Below the pieces are notes generated by a model. It had not been told where the DNA came from, searched no databases, and was given only the letters and a program-made list of their open reading frames with translations. Shown here piece after piece: positions 20,112-30,500 of a stretch of DNA of 64,000 bases. The position numbers and the translations under genes are program-made. The stretch is taken from IMG/VR virus record IMGVR_UViG_3300008450_000021; one strand, written 5' to 3'. Positions within the stretch are counted from its first letter, which is position 1, and each line of letters starts with the position of its first letter. The DNA comes from an uncultured virus (IMG/VR IMGVR_UViG_3300008450_000021). Its lineage: Duplodnaviria > Heunggongvirae > Uroviricota > Caudoviricetes.

Positions 20112-22082
20112 TTAAGCTAGGTTGTAAGAGTTTTGAGGTACAGTTGTTGCTATATTTACTCCGTCTATTTGTGTTCTGATTAATGGGTTATAGTTTTTAC
20201 TAGCTATAACGTCTGTTTGTCTATTAATAGCCGCTATTAGAGCTGTGTTATCTTGTTTAGGAGCTACCATGTTAGGCATTTTATTTAAAGGTATAATGGC
20301 TTCAGGTTGGCCTGCTTCTGCTACTTTTACTATTCTACCACCGGGCGTTGCAGGCACTACACCACCTTCTGCCATTTCAGGGACATTATTTCCAGCAGAT
20401 AATAATTTTGCTGTTACTATACCTGCTGTAGCTAAACCAGCTATAGCAGCAGCTGGATTTGAAAAAGCAGTAGCTATAGCAGTTCCTATTCCTTGCATTC
20501 TTATATATCTCATTATTACTGCTAACCGACTAAATGATGGAATAATAGAGGCTACCATGTATCCTGCTAATCCTCCTACAATTATTTTTAATGCTGTAGT
20601 GTGAGATAATATGGATGTTATTACATCTAAAAAACTTCCTAATGGTCCCGCTAATAAATTACCAATTAAATCTTTTAATTTATCAATAGCTGCATTAAAT
20701 TTATCTTGTATATTTTGACGTTTTTCAGCTTCTAATGCTTCTTCTTCAGTAAGTTGAGCTAATGATTTGCCACTTTCTACAGCTAATTTCTGTAATCGAA
20801 GTTGGTCAGATAATTGATCTGCTGTTAAACCAAGAGCTGAAGCAAATGATTGTTGGGCCAATACATTCATGTTTTGGAACTTTTCAAGCGTCATTCCTTG
20901 ATTATTAAGTTCTGTCATTAATGTAACTTGATCACCCATTAAGGCTGCTGCTCTTGCTCTTTCTAGATTCATTGCTTGGCCCGTTAATAATTCGGCTCGC
21001 AATTCATTTTCTATTGAAGATTCAAAATCTAAAAGCGATTGAGCTTGGTTTTTAGCTATTTCTAAAGAAGTACCTAATGCTTTAGCCTGAGCTACAGCTT
21101 TAACTATAAGTTCAGGATTATTTTTTAAGTTAGCTGCTAACTGTCCTGATACTTTAGCTGATTCAGCTATGGTTGCTCTGAATGGAATTCCTACTCCAAG
21201 TTGATTTCTGGCGGCTACAAAAGCACCCACCATAGCTTTATTTACTTGTTCTGAGGATTTTCCTGTTAAAACAGATAGTTTATATATCCCTGCTGCTTCT
21301 TCAGCTGTTAACCCAAATTGTTTAGTTAACATTATTTGGGTTTCTAATGTTTTAGCTGAGTATTCTGCTACGAATCCTGTTTGAGTATTTAACTCATTCA
21401 TTGCCTCAGCAGCATTTTTTAGAGTAAAGTTAACGTTGTCTGATGCTTGAGCAGCTGATACTAAATTAGATGTTAATCTATCTGCTTGGTCTGCTCCGTA
21501 TCCAAAGTTTTTTCCTATATCAACAGATATCTTATTAAAATTAAGAGCAGCTTTAATCAGTATGTCTATTATACCTTGTAAAGTAGTAAAAGAATCTACT
21601 ATTTTTTTAAAGTTATCGTCATATATTTTTTTAGCTACACCACTGATGGAATTTTGTTTTTTCTTCTCTTCTGTTACTCTTTTTTCTGCTTCTGCTGCTG
21701 CTAGTATTTGTTTATTTAATTGAATAGAATCATCTATTTGGATAGACATTAATTTGTTTTGGAGTAAAGCCGTTCTAATTCTTTTTTCTGCTTGGAAATT
21801 ACCCAATGATATTGCTTTAGCTAAATCAGCTTCTAATTTTATTTTATTAAAAGATAATCTATTATTTTCTTTAGATAATTTTTGTATTTCAGTAGTAACT
21901 TTTTTAGTTACATCTTCTCCTTTTTCAAAAGCAGTGATAAAGTCTTTAGCTTTACTAGAAGCATCCGCTAACTTATTATTCATGCGGTCTAATAATTGAC
22001 CTGATATGCTAGCTAGTCTGAGGTCTAAATCATCTAATGCTTGATTTAAATCTTTTATTATTTTATCTTTATCGTCAGCCAT
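20112..22082 (-). CDS. tape measure protein-like
   Basis: Ala/Leu/Gln-rich helical protein with hydrophobic segments near the C-terminus and MAEGGVV..VAEAGQPEAIIPL motif; follows chaperone gene. Confidence 0.75.
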   Translation of the reverse strand: MADDKDKIIKDLNQALDDLDLRLASISGQLLDRMNNKLADASSKAKDFITAFEKGEDVTKKVTTEIQKLSKENNRLSFNKIKLEADLAKAISLGNFQAEKRIRTALLQNKLMSIQIDDSIQLNKQILAAAEAEKRVTEEKKKQNSISGVAKKIYDDNFKKIVDSFTTLQGIIDILIKAALNFNKISVDIGKNFGYGADQADRLTSNLVSAAQASDNVNFTLKNAAEAMNELNTQTGFVAEYSAKTLETQIMLTKQFGLTAEEAAGIYKLSVLTGKSSEQVNKAMVGAFVAARNQLGVGIPFRATIAESAKVSGQLAANLKNNPELIVKAVAQAKALGTSLEIAKNQAQSLLDFESSIENELRAELLTGQAMNLERARAAALMGDQVTLMTELNNQGMTLEKFQNMNVLAQQSFASALGLTADQLSDQLRLQKLAVESGKSLAQLTEEEALEAEKRQNIQDKFNAAIDKLKDLIGNLLAGPLGSFLDVITSILSHTTALKIIVGGLAGYMVASIIPSFSRLAVIMRYIRMQGIGTAIATAFSNPAAAIAGLATAGIVTAKLLSAGNNVPEMAEGGVVPATPGGRIVKVAEAGQPEAIIPLNKMPNMVAPKQDNTALIAAINRQTDVIASKNYNPLIRTQIDGVNIATTVPQNSYNLA

Positions 22083-22104
22083 ATACAATAAATATTAAAA
22101 GCAC

Positions 22105-22380
22105 CTATTTTTTAGGTGCTTTAGCTGTGTAGTGCGGTTTATTTTGAGGAGCTATATTAGGTTTAGCCACTTCCTGTTTACTCTTATTATTCATCATGTT
22201 CTGCTGTTTTTCGGCTTCTTCATTTTGTTTATCATAATGCTCCTTTAATTTAAGAAATGTAAATTTTCTTAACCAAATGGGCATATCGTAAACAGTGGTC
22301 CAATCATATCCACCTTGTCCCCAAAAACATATATCATGAATTTGACTAAATAATATTGGTCTATACTCCGGAGTCAGGCC
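22105..22380 (-). CDS. frameshift extension of tail assembly chaperone (G-T type), absent from ORF track
   Basis: 91-codon open frame GLTPEYRPILFSQIHDICFWGQGGYDWTTVYDMPIWLRKF...APKK*, entered by a +1 shift at the T7 run 22381-22387. Confidence 0.7.
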   Translation of the reverse strand, partial: GLTPEYRPILFSQIHDICFWGQGGYDWTTVYDMPIWLRKFTFLKLKEHYDKQNEEAEKQQNMMNNKSKQEVAKPNIAPQNKPHYTAKAPKK

Positions 22381-23131
22381 AAAAAAAGTTAAGAGAAATA
22401 GGAATATCTATGCCCTCCCCTGCATAGTTTTCATCCTCTGGGTAGTATTTTATTTCAATATCTGGTTGGATTTTTACGTAATATTCACGTAATGCTCTAG
22501 CATCTCTCGCTGTTAGGAAAGTATCTACAAACTCTCTTACGGCCTTAGCATCTCTATTACCGTTTACTGATGTTATCATGTATTTTAAACGAGTAGTAAC
22601 ATCGTATGATGCTGTTGGGTTTAGTTTTTGTAGACCCTTAATTTCAGCTTCAATTTTCTTTTCATCACCATGCGTTAATAACTTAAACGTAATGGTATTG
22701 TCTGAATGAGGTAGATTAAAGGTAAATTCATTTACACCGGGCTTAAATAAAGTTTCATTGATTTCTTTGTCGTTTAACGTGGTTAAATCAACAGTAGCTT
22801 CCACTTCATATCCCTGTTTGTTTTTGTAAGTAAATTGGTAATCTTTGCCGTATCCTAATATACGAGCGGCAACTAAAATTGCATTTTTATCCCCAATTAA
22901 CAAATCATCATAACTGATAGGGGATATAATTAGTGCTTGTAGTAATTTATCAATAACGGTACCTTGCTTAATATAATTTGCGTTTGTGAGAATATCTTCT
23001 TCACGCGCGCTCATATATTTCATTTCAATTTTACCGCTTGATAATGGATTTTCCTTTGGATATAGTAGGCCTTTTGAAGGTAAATCTACTATTTCAGTTG
23101 GGAATTTGGGTTTTGTAACATTATTTTCCAT
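22361..23131 (-). CDS. tail/baseplate assembly chaperone (T4 gp26-like)
   Basis: LPSKG..YP, MSAREEDIL, LLIGDKNAILVAARILGYG, C-terminal FFWP; between tube and tape measure genes. Confidence 0.75.
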   Translation of the reverse strand: MENNVTKPKFPTEIVDLPSKGLLYPKENPLSSGKIEMKYMSAREEDILTNANYIKQGTVIDKLLQALIISPISYDDLLIGDKNAILVAARILGYGKDYQFTYKNKQGYEVEATVDLTTLNDKEINETLFKPGVNEFTFNLPHSDNTITFKLLTHGDEKKIEAEIKGLQKLNPTASYDVTTRLKYMITSVNGNRDAKAVREFVDTFLTARDARALREYYVKIQPDIEIKYYPEDENYAGEGIDIPISLNFFWPDSGV

Positions 23132-23164
23132 TTATAACTTATTATTTTATATAAATATAACGAT

Positions 23165-23191
23165 AAAAAAAGGTTTGGCAAAAGCCAAACC
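23165..23191 (-). terminator. intrinsic terminator
   Basis: GGTTTGGC-TTTT-GCCAAACC followed by a T run. Confidence 0.7.
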
Positions 23192-23235
23192 AATTTTTCT
23201 GTATACTTCGGAAAAAGTAATTTTACATATAAATA

Positions 23236-24000
23236 CTATGATTTTGTGTTTTCTAATAAAATTTGTTTTACTTGTTTTATATTGTTATTTATATCATTTT
23301 CCCAAAAACGCAATAATTTGTAACCGTTGTCTGCAGCCCATTGTGTTTTAATGGAATCTTTAATTAGATTATTTTTTTGAGTTTCATAAAAAGCTTCAGG
23401 AAATTTAATAGGATTACAGTGCCAAAAATCACCATCTACTTCTATTATTATATTATAATCTGGGAGGTAGAAGTCGTAGAATGCTTTAATATCTTTAGCA
23501 TAGAAGAATTGTTGATATTTTATATCTAATAAGTCTAATATATTTGCAAATGTTTTTTCTAGTTTAGAAGTATAATGTTTCTTTTTACCTATGTCACCAG
23601 TCTTCCATTTTTGTTTGGCTGTTTTACTCATTTTTTTACGAGTTTCTTCAGATTGTATGCGTCCTATCCCAAATCCATCTGGTTTAGGTTTGGGAATACC
23701 TTTAGATCCTTGGGATATTTTCTTTCCTAATTCAATGCTATCTCTACCTTTAACCGCTTGTTTTATATAGTCATACTCACCAGAAGCAAATTTTTCTTTA
23801 CGTGTTTTAATAATAGCTTGTACACGTTTTTCTGCTTTAGGATCACCAAAATGACCAGGAACTCGGGATTGGTGTCCGCTTTTCCATTTACAGAAATCTT
23901 TTAATTTAGCTTCATAACGTGTTTGTTCACCACAACCACATTGACATGTTGGGTGAATTCCGTTGTATTTTTCTTGTATTAATTTGTCTTTTTTAAGCAT
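23236..24000 (-). CDS. free-standing homing endonuclease-like protein (CxCGC + NUMOD3 + DUF559/Vsr-like nuclease)
   Basis: CQCGCG N-terminus, QSEETRKKMS NUMOD3 motif, YDFY..IIEVDGDFWH..LRFWE nuclease domain; likely start MLKKD at 24000. Confidence 0.75.
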   Translation of the reverse strand: MLKKDKLIQEKYNGIHPTCQCGCGEQTRYEAKLKDFCKWKSGHQSRVPGHFGDPKAEKRVQAIIKTRKEKFASGEYDYIKQAVKGRDSIELGKKISQGSKGIPKPKPDGFGIGRIQSEETRKKMSKTAKQKWKTGDIGKKKHYTSKLEKTFANILDLLDIKYQQFFYAKDIKAFYDFYLPDYNIIIEVDGDFWHCNPIKFPEAFYETQKNNLIKDSIKTQWAADNGYKLLRFWENDINNNIKQVKQILLENTKS

Positions 24001-24096
24001 ATATTTAAATAAAAAGGTTCGATAATAAATATCGAACCTTCTTGAAAAACGTTGCTTTGGATAATAAGGCTTTGAATTGAAAGCCATGCACCGTTG

Positions 24097-24582
24097 CTAA
24101 AAATTTAATACACAATAATCCATAGCTATTGTAACTGATAAATTAATAGCTTGGTCGTTTGCCCAATCGTAATCACCAAAAGTTGCTGATTTTACGTAGG
24201 CTCCTTTAACAACCCATTCGCTAATAATATCACCTACAGGACCTAATACGTCTAAAGTAATATCTTTCTTATAAAAATCTGAGTAACCATCACGGCCTGT
24301 TACAGATTCGTGTGATAAACGTACCCATTCCATTACTGCTTGAGCACCTGATGGTGTGATAGGATCATATAATTCAAGTGTCATATCATTCCACCTTACT
24401 TTACCTTTAACTTTACGGTAAACGTTAATGTGGTCTAATACGATTTCACCAGCTTCTAAAGAAGGTGATGCTGCTTTTTTAATCAGGTATGCAGGAATAC
24501 CATCTATGTACATGATAAAGCGATTTTGAACTTTTGGTTCAAAAGCTGTAAACATTATCTCATTGGCGCTTAATACTGGCAT
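24097..24582 (-). CDS. gp19: tail tube protein
   Basis: EPKVQNRF, W.DMTLELYD, YKKDITL..LGPVG; follows sheath gene. Confidence 0.9.
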   Translation of the reverse strand: MPVLSANEIMFTAFEPKVQNRFIMYIDGIPAYLIKKAASPSLEAGEIVLDHINVYRKVKGKVRWNDMTLELYDPITPSGAQAVMEWVRLSHESVTGRDGYSDFYKKDITLDVLGPVGDIISEWVVKGAYVKSATFGDYDWANDQAINLSVTIAMDYCVLNF

Positions 24583-24666
24583 TTTATTTAGTTATTATCT
24601 GTTAATAAATATTATATATTTTAAAAAATATGTAGAGAGGCTTTCACCCCTCTACATTATTAATTG

Positions 24667-26391
24667 TTATGCTGGGAATGTGGCTCCAGTTGGTAAAATG
24701 TTAAAGTTCAAGATAATAAATTCAGCTGTTTTAGTAGGTTGAATATAAATTTGGCCTACTAATTGATTTCTATCAACTACATCTGCTGTATTGTTAGTAT
24801 CATCCATTATCACTTTGTAAGCGTATAAACCTTGACGTTGAACTACTGATTCTAAGTATGGATTAACTTGGCTTAAGAAACGATTACGTGTTACAGTTGT
24901 ATTTTGTTCAAATACTAAAGTACGAGATACATTACCGATAAAATCTTTCAATGCTATTAATAAACGTCTTACATTTACACGATCTAAAGATGTTGGTTTG
25001 CGTTGTAATGTTTTCTGACCCCATACACAAGTACCAGTTCCAGGGAAAGTTGCAATTGGATTTACATTTCCACTGTATAATGTATCACGATCTGTTTGTT
25101 GTAATCTACGTTCAGCACGTACTACTGAAGGAATACCACCTCTGTTTAAACCAGCTGGGGCGAACCATTCAGCACCTACTCTATCGTTAAATGCTAATAC
25201 ACCACCTATTACTGTTGATGGAGGACACCATACTACTTTTCCTAAACCGCTTGAGAATAATTGAACCCAAGGATAATAAGTAGCAGCGTAGTTGCTTGAT
25301 TGGCCTGAAGCGTTTTGAGTTGCAGTTCCTATTGCGGTTCCGTAAACACCAACGTCTGTAATTGCAATTGCATCACCACGTCCTTCTACTGTTGCTATCA
25401 TAGTAGATACAGCTGAGTTATCTAATCCAACACCAGGAGCTAACAACATGTTAAATCTGTATTCATCAGCATTAGCTAATAAACCAAATGCTGTATTATA
25501 ATCTGCTGGGGCAAATCCTTGTATACTTGCTGAGGTAATATTTTCATTCATTAATTTAGCAGTATTTGTATCTGCTACACCTCCACTAAATGAACCACCG
25601 TATGATCCACTTCCTACTAATGGTAAGCTTCCACTATATTGGGTTGCTTTATAGTTACCATTGTTGTCGATTGAATCTACGTTTGGAGTAGTTACTGAAG
25701 ATACACGAACGTATTGTGATACGTTTGGATAAGTTCCAGTATAGTTAATGTATGCTGCACTATTACCTGTAGCAGCTACGTAAACTGGTTTTAAATCACC
25801 AATTACGCGAGCAATATAGTTAGGTAATTGAGGATCTAAACTTACGTTTGCCCATGTTTCTAAAATATTTTTCTGAGCGTTATTGTCGTCACCACGACGA
25901 ATTGTTAAGGTGAAAGTACCACTACCAGTATTTACTGAGGTTACCTCATAACGTACGTTTAATGAAGATCCACTTGCTAAAGCACCACTTACTAAACTAG
26001 AAGTGTTGTTCATTTGATTACCCCATGATAATACTTCTAATTGGAATGATGAACCTGTTAATGAAGCAGCAGGAACATCTGCTGTTGCATATGTACTTGC
26101 ATTAGCTGAACCACTAATAATACGGGTAACTAATAATGATTGACCACCGTTTTGAAAATACTCTCTAGCGGCTTGTGAAGTGAAATATTCATAGTAGTAA
26201 CTACCACTTTTGAAAATATCACCAAATAACGATAAGTACTGAGAGTACGTAGTAACATACGTTGGTACAAACGGTCTACCCATTACAGTAGGACCTACTA
26301 TTGCGGCTCCTAATGCGGGTGGTTGTGTTGTGTAAAGGCTCTGGTCTGATTCTATTTGGAATACGCCAGGTGAAATGATTTGTTCTGCCAT
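24667..26391 (-). CDS. gp18: tail sheath protein
   Basis: SPGV N-terminus; WFAPAGLNRG, NPI, WGQKTL, RVNVRRL, PTKTAEFI C-terminal motifs. Confidence 0.95.
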   Translation of the reverse strand: MAEQIISPGVFQIESDQSLYTTQPPALGAAIVGPTVMGRPFVPTYVTTYSQYLSLFGDIFKSGSYYYEYFTSQAAREYFQNGGQSLLVTRIISGSANASTYATADVPAASLTGSSFQLEVLSWGNQMNNTSSLVSGALASGSSLNVRYEVTSVNTGSGTFTLTIRRGDDNNAQKNILETWANVSLDPQLPNYIARVIGDLKPVYVAATGNSAAYINYTGTYPNVSQYVRVSSVTTPNVDSIDNNGNYKATQYSGSLPLVGSGSYGGSFSGGVADTNTAKLMNENITSASIQGFAPADYNTAFGLLANADEYRFNMLLAPGVGLDNSAVSTMIATVEGRGDAIAITDVGVYGTAIGTATQNASGQSSNYAATYYPWVQLFSSGLGKVVWCPPSTVIGGVLAFNDRVGAEWFAPAGLNRGGIPSVVRAERRLQQTDRDTLYSGNVNPIATFPGTGTCVWGQKTLQRKPTSLDRVNVRRLLIALKDFIGNVSRTLVFEQNTTVTRNRFLSQVNPYLESVVQRQGLYAYKVIMDDTNNTADVVDRNQLVGQIYIQPTKTAEFIILNFNILPTGATFPA

Positions 26392-26474
26392 TTTTATATA
26401 AAATAATTGAGTTTTACTATTGAATTAACCTAATAATAAATATCAACTATTCTATATAAAACGCAGAACCGTGA

Positions 26475-26747
26475 TTAAAGAGGGGTAATTTCGCCAGTTT
26501 CCATATTTATATTACCGGCACCGTATTTTTCTTGTAGGTTGTCAATTAATGTTTTTTCTTTTTTACCGACATTATCTATCTCAGCTACTATTTTTGCTTT
26601 TTCAGCCTCTAATAGCTCGGTTTGTTTTTTGATAAATACTAATTGGCTTTCGATTGAGCCTAATTCAAATACAACCTTGTTGTATTCTGATTGGAGACCT
26701 TTAATAGAATTGATCTCTTCTTGGGTTAACTTTTTAACTTCTGACAT
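26475..26747 (-). CDS. small coiled-coil protein
   Basis: Heptad-rich, ends KYGAGNINMETGEI; likely start MSEVKK. Confidence 0.65.
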   Translation of the reverse strand: MSEVKKLTQEEINSIKGLQSEYNKVVFELGSIESQLVFIKKQTELLEAEKAKIVAEIDNVGKKEKTLIDNLQEKYGAGNINMETGEITPL

Positions 26748-26752
26748 ATAAC

Positions 26753-26986
26753 TTAAATTTTCCATTTTTGTTTTGGGCATGCTTCCGGTCCCGGTTTGAA
26801 ACTAAATATTTTTTTGTTTATTGGGCAATTACATACTCCACAAATATAAGTATCAAATAGATCTACATATGTTTTTTCAGGACATGTGTCACATATTTGT
26901 ACTCTAGATTCTGCTATTGCTTTCCTTTCTGGGGTTGGATTTTCAGCCTCCATCCAGGCATCTACTATTTCTAATAATTTAATCAT
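26753..26986 (-). CDS. small Cys-rich (zinc-binding) protein
   Basis: R..ICDTC...CGVCNC...CP..KW pattern. Confidence 0.7.
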   Translation of the reverse strand: MIKLLEIVDAWMEAENPTPERKAIAESRVQICDTCPEKTYVDLFDTYICGVCNCPINKKIFSFKPGPEACPKQKWKI

Positions 26987-27192
26987 TATTTTTTAGTAGA
27001 TGGTTTTTTCTTTTTTTTAGGTGTAGTTTTAGGTTTTACTTCGTTTATAATAACCGGTTTTACTTCTTCAACCTTAGCTGGTTCTTCAACTTTAACAGAA
27101 GTTTCTACTTCTTTAAGTATTTCAACACTAACATGTTTAGTTTCTTTAGCAAAACCTAAAATTGTTTTTACAAAATCAAATATCTTTTTCAT
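26986..27192 (-). CDS. hypothetical Lys-rich protein
   Basis: 68 aa; upstream TTTG-N19-TATATTTA promoter. Confidence 0.6.
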   Translation of the reverse strand: MKKIFDFVKTILGFAKETKHVSVEILKEVETSVKVEEPAKVEEVKPVIINEVKPKTTPKKKKKPSTKK

Positions 27193-27241
27193 ACTATATT
27201 ACTTTATATATAAATATATAACTTTTCTTCAGACCTCCAAA

Positions 27242-27568
27242 CTAAACTCTATTAAAAGTACAATCTGGGTTAGAACCTGATAATTGAGTTATAATATATG
27301 TTTCCAATGAATATATAAGATCTGAGTAAGGATCTACAGGTGTTCTTGGATATGTTAACTCAGATGTTGATGGATACATTGGTATCGCTCCTACTTGAGG
27401 GTAAGACATACTACCAGTACCTAAACTATCAGTTACATAAGTTGGAATAGTAATATTCACATCCATTGCTATTGTACCTCTATAAGTTAAGTGAGGTATT
27501 AATTGTAGTTGTGGGTCTGTATAACTAGCATACCCATTTTTAAAACTTCCTGTTATTTGAATTGCCAT
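27242..27568 (-). CDS. hypothetical fibre-associated protein
   Basis: 108 aa downstream of tail fibre; carries TGS/SGS motifs. Confidence 0.65.
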   Translation of the reverse strand: MAIQITGSFKNGYASYTDPQLQLIPHLTYRGTIAMDVNITIPTYVTDSLGTGSMSYPQVGAIPMYPSTSELTYPRTPVDPYSDLIYSLETYIITQLSGSNPDCTFNRV

Positions 27569-27593
27569 TTTGTTTATGTTTATTATAAATATA

Positions 27594-30500
27594 TTACTTT
27601 TTGTTTATCTGTTCACGTAAAGTGTCTATTTCTTGTTTTAATTCTTTAATAGACTCTACTAATATACTAACTACATTTGAATAAGCTACAGATTTTATTC
27701 CATTTGTTTCGCTTACTAATTCTGGTAGTACTTGTTCTACTTCTTGAGCTATCAAACCTATCTCATGTTTATTTGTACCTATTCTATCATATTCAACACC
27801 TCTTAATTGTAATGTTTTTTCTAAAGCATTTGGTATTGTTTGAATGTTGGTTTTTAAGCTAGCGTCTGAGTTTTGTGTTAATGTACCTGCGATGGTCATA
27901 TTACCTGTATCATCAAGTGACATAATAACTTGAGTGTATGCATTATTTATCACTTCCCATGAACCATTACCATCAATTCTAAAGTATTTTTTAGGATTAC
28001 TTCCACCACCTGTGTTATCAACATATAAAAAGTCTAAATAATTAGCACCACCTTTTGTGTTACTACCACGTATAAAAAGTGGAACATCACCGCCATTTCC
28101 AGCGGCTGCTATATGAAGTCTTTCTGACGGTGAAGTTGTACCTATACCAACATTATTACTTGAATCAGCAAATAAAGTATTTGTTCCTACTAAAAATTGA
28201 GTAACGTTAGAACTAGATACAATTAATGAACCAGTTATAGTAGTATTACCATTAAAATTACTTGAACCACTTACACTAAAACTACCTGTTACTGTGTGAA
28301 CATCACCTATCACATTACCTATTCTAACCCCAGTATTTAGTACTCGGAATTCAATATTAGAACCTGTGATAACAGTTAATGAACCAGTTATTATAACACT
28401 ACCGCTAACATCTAAATCGGCATTAGGTGTTACGGTACCTTTATTGACACTGATAAGACCTGTTTCCGTCATAAACATGTAAGTTTTACCAGTAGTGAGA
28501 TTGTAGAATCTTAAGTCACCTAATGCATTTGTATAACCTTTTATAGTTGAACGAGCAAAAAGTACTAATTCTGTTGGATAAAGAAATGTATTATAAGAAT
28601 TAATACCAATTAAAGCGTTACTTGTAGGATTTTGTATTATTATTCTACCACCTGAAGACGTTGAACCATCTATTGTGATGTTAGCATTGTTTGGCATTAC
28701 ACTAACTAAACCATCATCTCTTACAGTGAATGAAGCACTAGCGTTACTATTTTCTATACGCAATGCATTTGTAGCACTTGTTGCTCCAGAACCTTTTACT
28801 AATAAAGAATTAGATGATGAGCCGGTTATTTGGGTATTGCCATTAACATGCAGTTTAGCATTTGGAGATGTTAAACCATCACCTATTACTAACCCAGTAT
28901 CTGTTAAAAACATTCTTGTTACGGCTCCGGCTTGGAATCCTATAGCATTACTTGCACCTGAAAAACTAATTAAATTACCAAGACCACCAGCTGTGTTTCC
29001 TATACTAGATTCATTATTAGTAGACCTAATAAATATACTTCGTACACCCGCATAAAACTGAGCTACATCACCTACAGTTCCAGCTGGGTTTGATGCAAAA
29101 ACACTTTGGCCAATAACATTAAAACTACCACTTACATTAAAACTTCCCGTGGCTGTATGAGTATCTGTTGATGCGTTTCCTAATTTAACACCTGTGTTTG
29201 TAACTTGGAGTTCAACATTTGATCCAGTCATGACTGTTAATGAACCCGTTATTATAACACTACCACTAACATCTAAATTAGCATTTGGTGAGGTTTTATT
29301 TATACCAACATTACTTAATATATTAAATGTTGAATAATTTACTCTTCCGGTCCATCCGGACTCACCTATATTAAATATACCGCCGCCTGGGTAACTACCG
29401 AAAAGAACACCTGCTAGGTCATATCGGTTATTATTCATATAAGCTGCTATTATGTAACTTGTTGTTAAATCATATGCATTTGATGCATTTGGTGTTATGT
29501 TAGTACCGATAGCAACTTTACCTACATCATTCACTATTAAACCACTACTACCGGCACTATTTTCTATACGTAATGCATTTGTAGCATTTGTTGTACCACT
29601 ACCTTTTACTAATAATGAGTTTGAGGCTGAGCCTGTTATAGTTAAATTACCATTAAAATTACTTGAACCACTCACACCTAAACTACCAGTTACTGTATGG
29701 GCATCACCTATTATGTTGCCTAGTCTAACACCTGTATTTAGTACTTGAAGTTCGATATTTGAACCGGTGATAACTGTAAGTGAACCAGTTATAATTACAT
29801 TTTGGTTTAATGGATTTACATATGATGCTGTTGGGGCGAATGATGAACTAATAGCATTTAAAACATAAGAGGCTGTAGTGGCAAATGAACTACTTAAAGC
29901 TTGAGTAGCGTATGAGGCTGTACCTAGTAAACTACCTGTTATATTAGGTATGTTAGTACTTCCTGTTACCTCAAAACTACCACTTACAATTGTTCTACCT
30001 ATTAATGTTTGTGTATCATTAGTAGCATCACCAAGTTGATTTGAACCAGATGAATAAATTATTGAGGCTGATTCGTATGTTACATTTAAAAATGAAATTG
30101 AAGCAGTACCATTTAATGTTAAATTACCATTAAAAGTTAAATCTTGATTTAATGTATTTAAATATGATGCTGTTGAAGCAAATGAACTAGAAACTGCATT
30201 TAAGACATAAGATGCTGTGTTTGCAAATGAGGCTGTTGTTGCAGTAGCTGCATTTCCTGAAATGGAAGCACTTATAAATGATTTATTTTCCCATTTAAGA
30301 GCTGCATTATTGTATACTAATGCTTGCCCATCTGTAGGAGCTGATATATTAACATCAGATAAACCTGCTAATGTTGTTGTTACAGTAGAACCACCTCCAC
30401 CAGATCCTCCTACTTGTCTAAATAAACCTGATGGGTAAATTGTAAAAGTAGCAGCATTAGTAAAAACACCAGTACCATTAATTACAATTGCTCCTAAATA

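Noticed and set aside
23236..24096. Group I intron or intein around the endonuclease genes
   Set aside because: Flanking tube, chaperone and MCP genes appear complete; no intein-like insertions seen in TerL, helicase, RNR or portal.
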